DNA from: Corallococcus llansteffanensis
GTDB taxonomy: Bacteria; Myxococcota; Myxococcia; Myxococcales; Myxococcaceae
Direction: 5' to 3'
Length of the DNA stretch: 13,030 bases
Assembly: GCF_003612055.1 (NCBI RefSeq)
Contig: NZ_RAWB01000277.1
Span: 1-13,030, forward strand
This document shows positions 12,325-13,030 of this stretch, piece by piece; position 1 is the first letter of the stretch, and the number at the start of each line of letters is the position of its first letter. The translations under genes were made by a program, and so were the position numbers. The notes under the pieces were generated by a model. The model worked only from the letters and a program-made list of their open reading frames with translations, was not told the DNA's origin and ran no database searches.

Positions 12325-13030
12325 ATGCGCCGAGCCCTCCTCCCCGTCAGCGTCTCCACCGCCACCGTCCTGCTGTCCGCCTGCGCCCACGTGCCTTCCG
12401 GGCCGGAGGCCCCCCCGGGGAGCACCCTGCCCGGCGTCACCCGCACCCTGCTGGAGACGCTGGAGGCGGACGGCGCGCTCGCCGGCGCGTATGTGGTGGA
12501 CGCGCGCACCGGCGAGCCCCTCTTCAAGCACCGGGAGAACGTGCGGCTCCTGCCCGCGTCCACGATGAAGGTGGTGTCCACCTCCGCGGCGCTGTCCGCG
12601 TTGGGGGCGGACTTCCGCTTCGTGACGCCGGTGTCGCTGGAGGGTTCGCAGGTGGGCGGCCTGTTCCTGGGCGACATCGTGGCGCAGGCCTCCGGCGACC
12701 CGTCCCTGGGCTCGTGGCGCTTCCCGGAGACGGCGCTCGCCTGCGACCGCATCGCGGAGGCGTTCCAGGCGCGCGGCATCCACCAGTGGCGCGGCAACGT
12801 GCGCATCGCCGGCACCGACGGCGTGGACGGCCTCATGGGGCCGGGCTGGGCCTGGGATGACGCCGCCTATGCCTACAGCGCGGCGCCCACCCCGTTCGTC
12901 TTCCGCGAGAACGTGGTGGACCTGGCCCTGGCCCGCGCCCCCGGCTCCACCTGCGCGGACGCGCCCGCCGTCCAGTGGACCCCCACCTTCGCCACGCTGT
13001 CCGCCGTGGTGCGCGTGGACGTCAACGCGG
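12325..13030 (+). CDS. dacB: D-alanyl-D-alanine carboxypeptidase/endopeptidase, PBP4 (peptidase S13) family lipoprotein; 3' end lies outside the window
   Basis: 'MRRALLPVSVSTATVLLSAC' is a lipoprotein signal peptide with an LSAC lipobox. 'LLPASTMKVVSTSAALSALG' contains the SxxK active-site motif in the PBP4-typical context (E. coli DacB 'LPASTQK'). The frame is open to the window end. An alternative in-frame ATG lies at 12286. ORFs 12252..12860(+) and 12147..12836(-) are shadows. Confidence 0.7.
   Translation, partial: MRRALLPVSVSTATVLLSACAHVPSGPEAPPGSTLPGVTRTLLETLEADGALAGAYVVDARTGEPLFKHRENVRLLPASTMKVVSTSAALSALGADFRFVTPVSLEGSQVGGLFLGDIVAQASGDPSLGSWRFPETALACDRIAEAFQARGIHQWRGNVRIAGTDGVDGLMGPGWAWDDAAYAYSAAPTPFVFRENVVDLALARAPGSTCADAPAVQWTPTFATLSAVVRVDVNA

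Noticed and set aside
12147-12860. ORFs 12147..12836 (minus) and 12252..12860 (plus) over the PBP4-like gene; also 11362..12102 (plus) over rdgC
   Set aside because: Low-complexity Arg/Pro/Gly-rich translations; the frame starting at 12325 has a lipoprotein signal peptide and the SxxK PBP4 motif.

Overview
High-GC window (about 68-75 % GC over most genes, GC-rich third codon positions) whose codon usage and protein repertoire look like a myxobacterial chromosome; that taxonomic call is inference from composition and protein types only. It is packed with genes for exported proteins and lipoproteins. Left to right: the 3' end of a discoidin-domain protein; an apparent operon of a 601-aa signal-peptide protein with degenerate HAF-like C-terminal repeats plus a Cys-rich lipoprotein; a convergent 547-aa protein with a LysM domain, a lysozyme-like domain and a C39-like papain-fold peptidase domain, with Thr-rich tandem-repeat linkers and no signal peptide; a secreted hypothetical protein; a 303-aa protein homologous along its whole length to eukaryotic major vault protein (MVP) but lacking repeats 4-9 and the shoulder domain, a 'mini-MVP'; a markedly lower-GC (~58 %) lipoprotein gene with two D-x-G motifs (possible pepsin-like protease), bracketed by two direct copies of a 52-nt hairpin repeat; two tandemly duplicated, translationally coupled GDSL/SGNH lipase genes; an rdgC-like locus split into two overlapping ORFs; and the 5' part of a PBP4/DacB-type lipoprotein. 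No rRNA, tRNA, CRISPR array, transposase or integrase was seen. Many long antisense or alternative-frame ORFs in the supplied track are high-GC shadow ORFs and were rejected. All family assignments come from motif recognition by eye; no database search was run.
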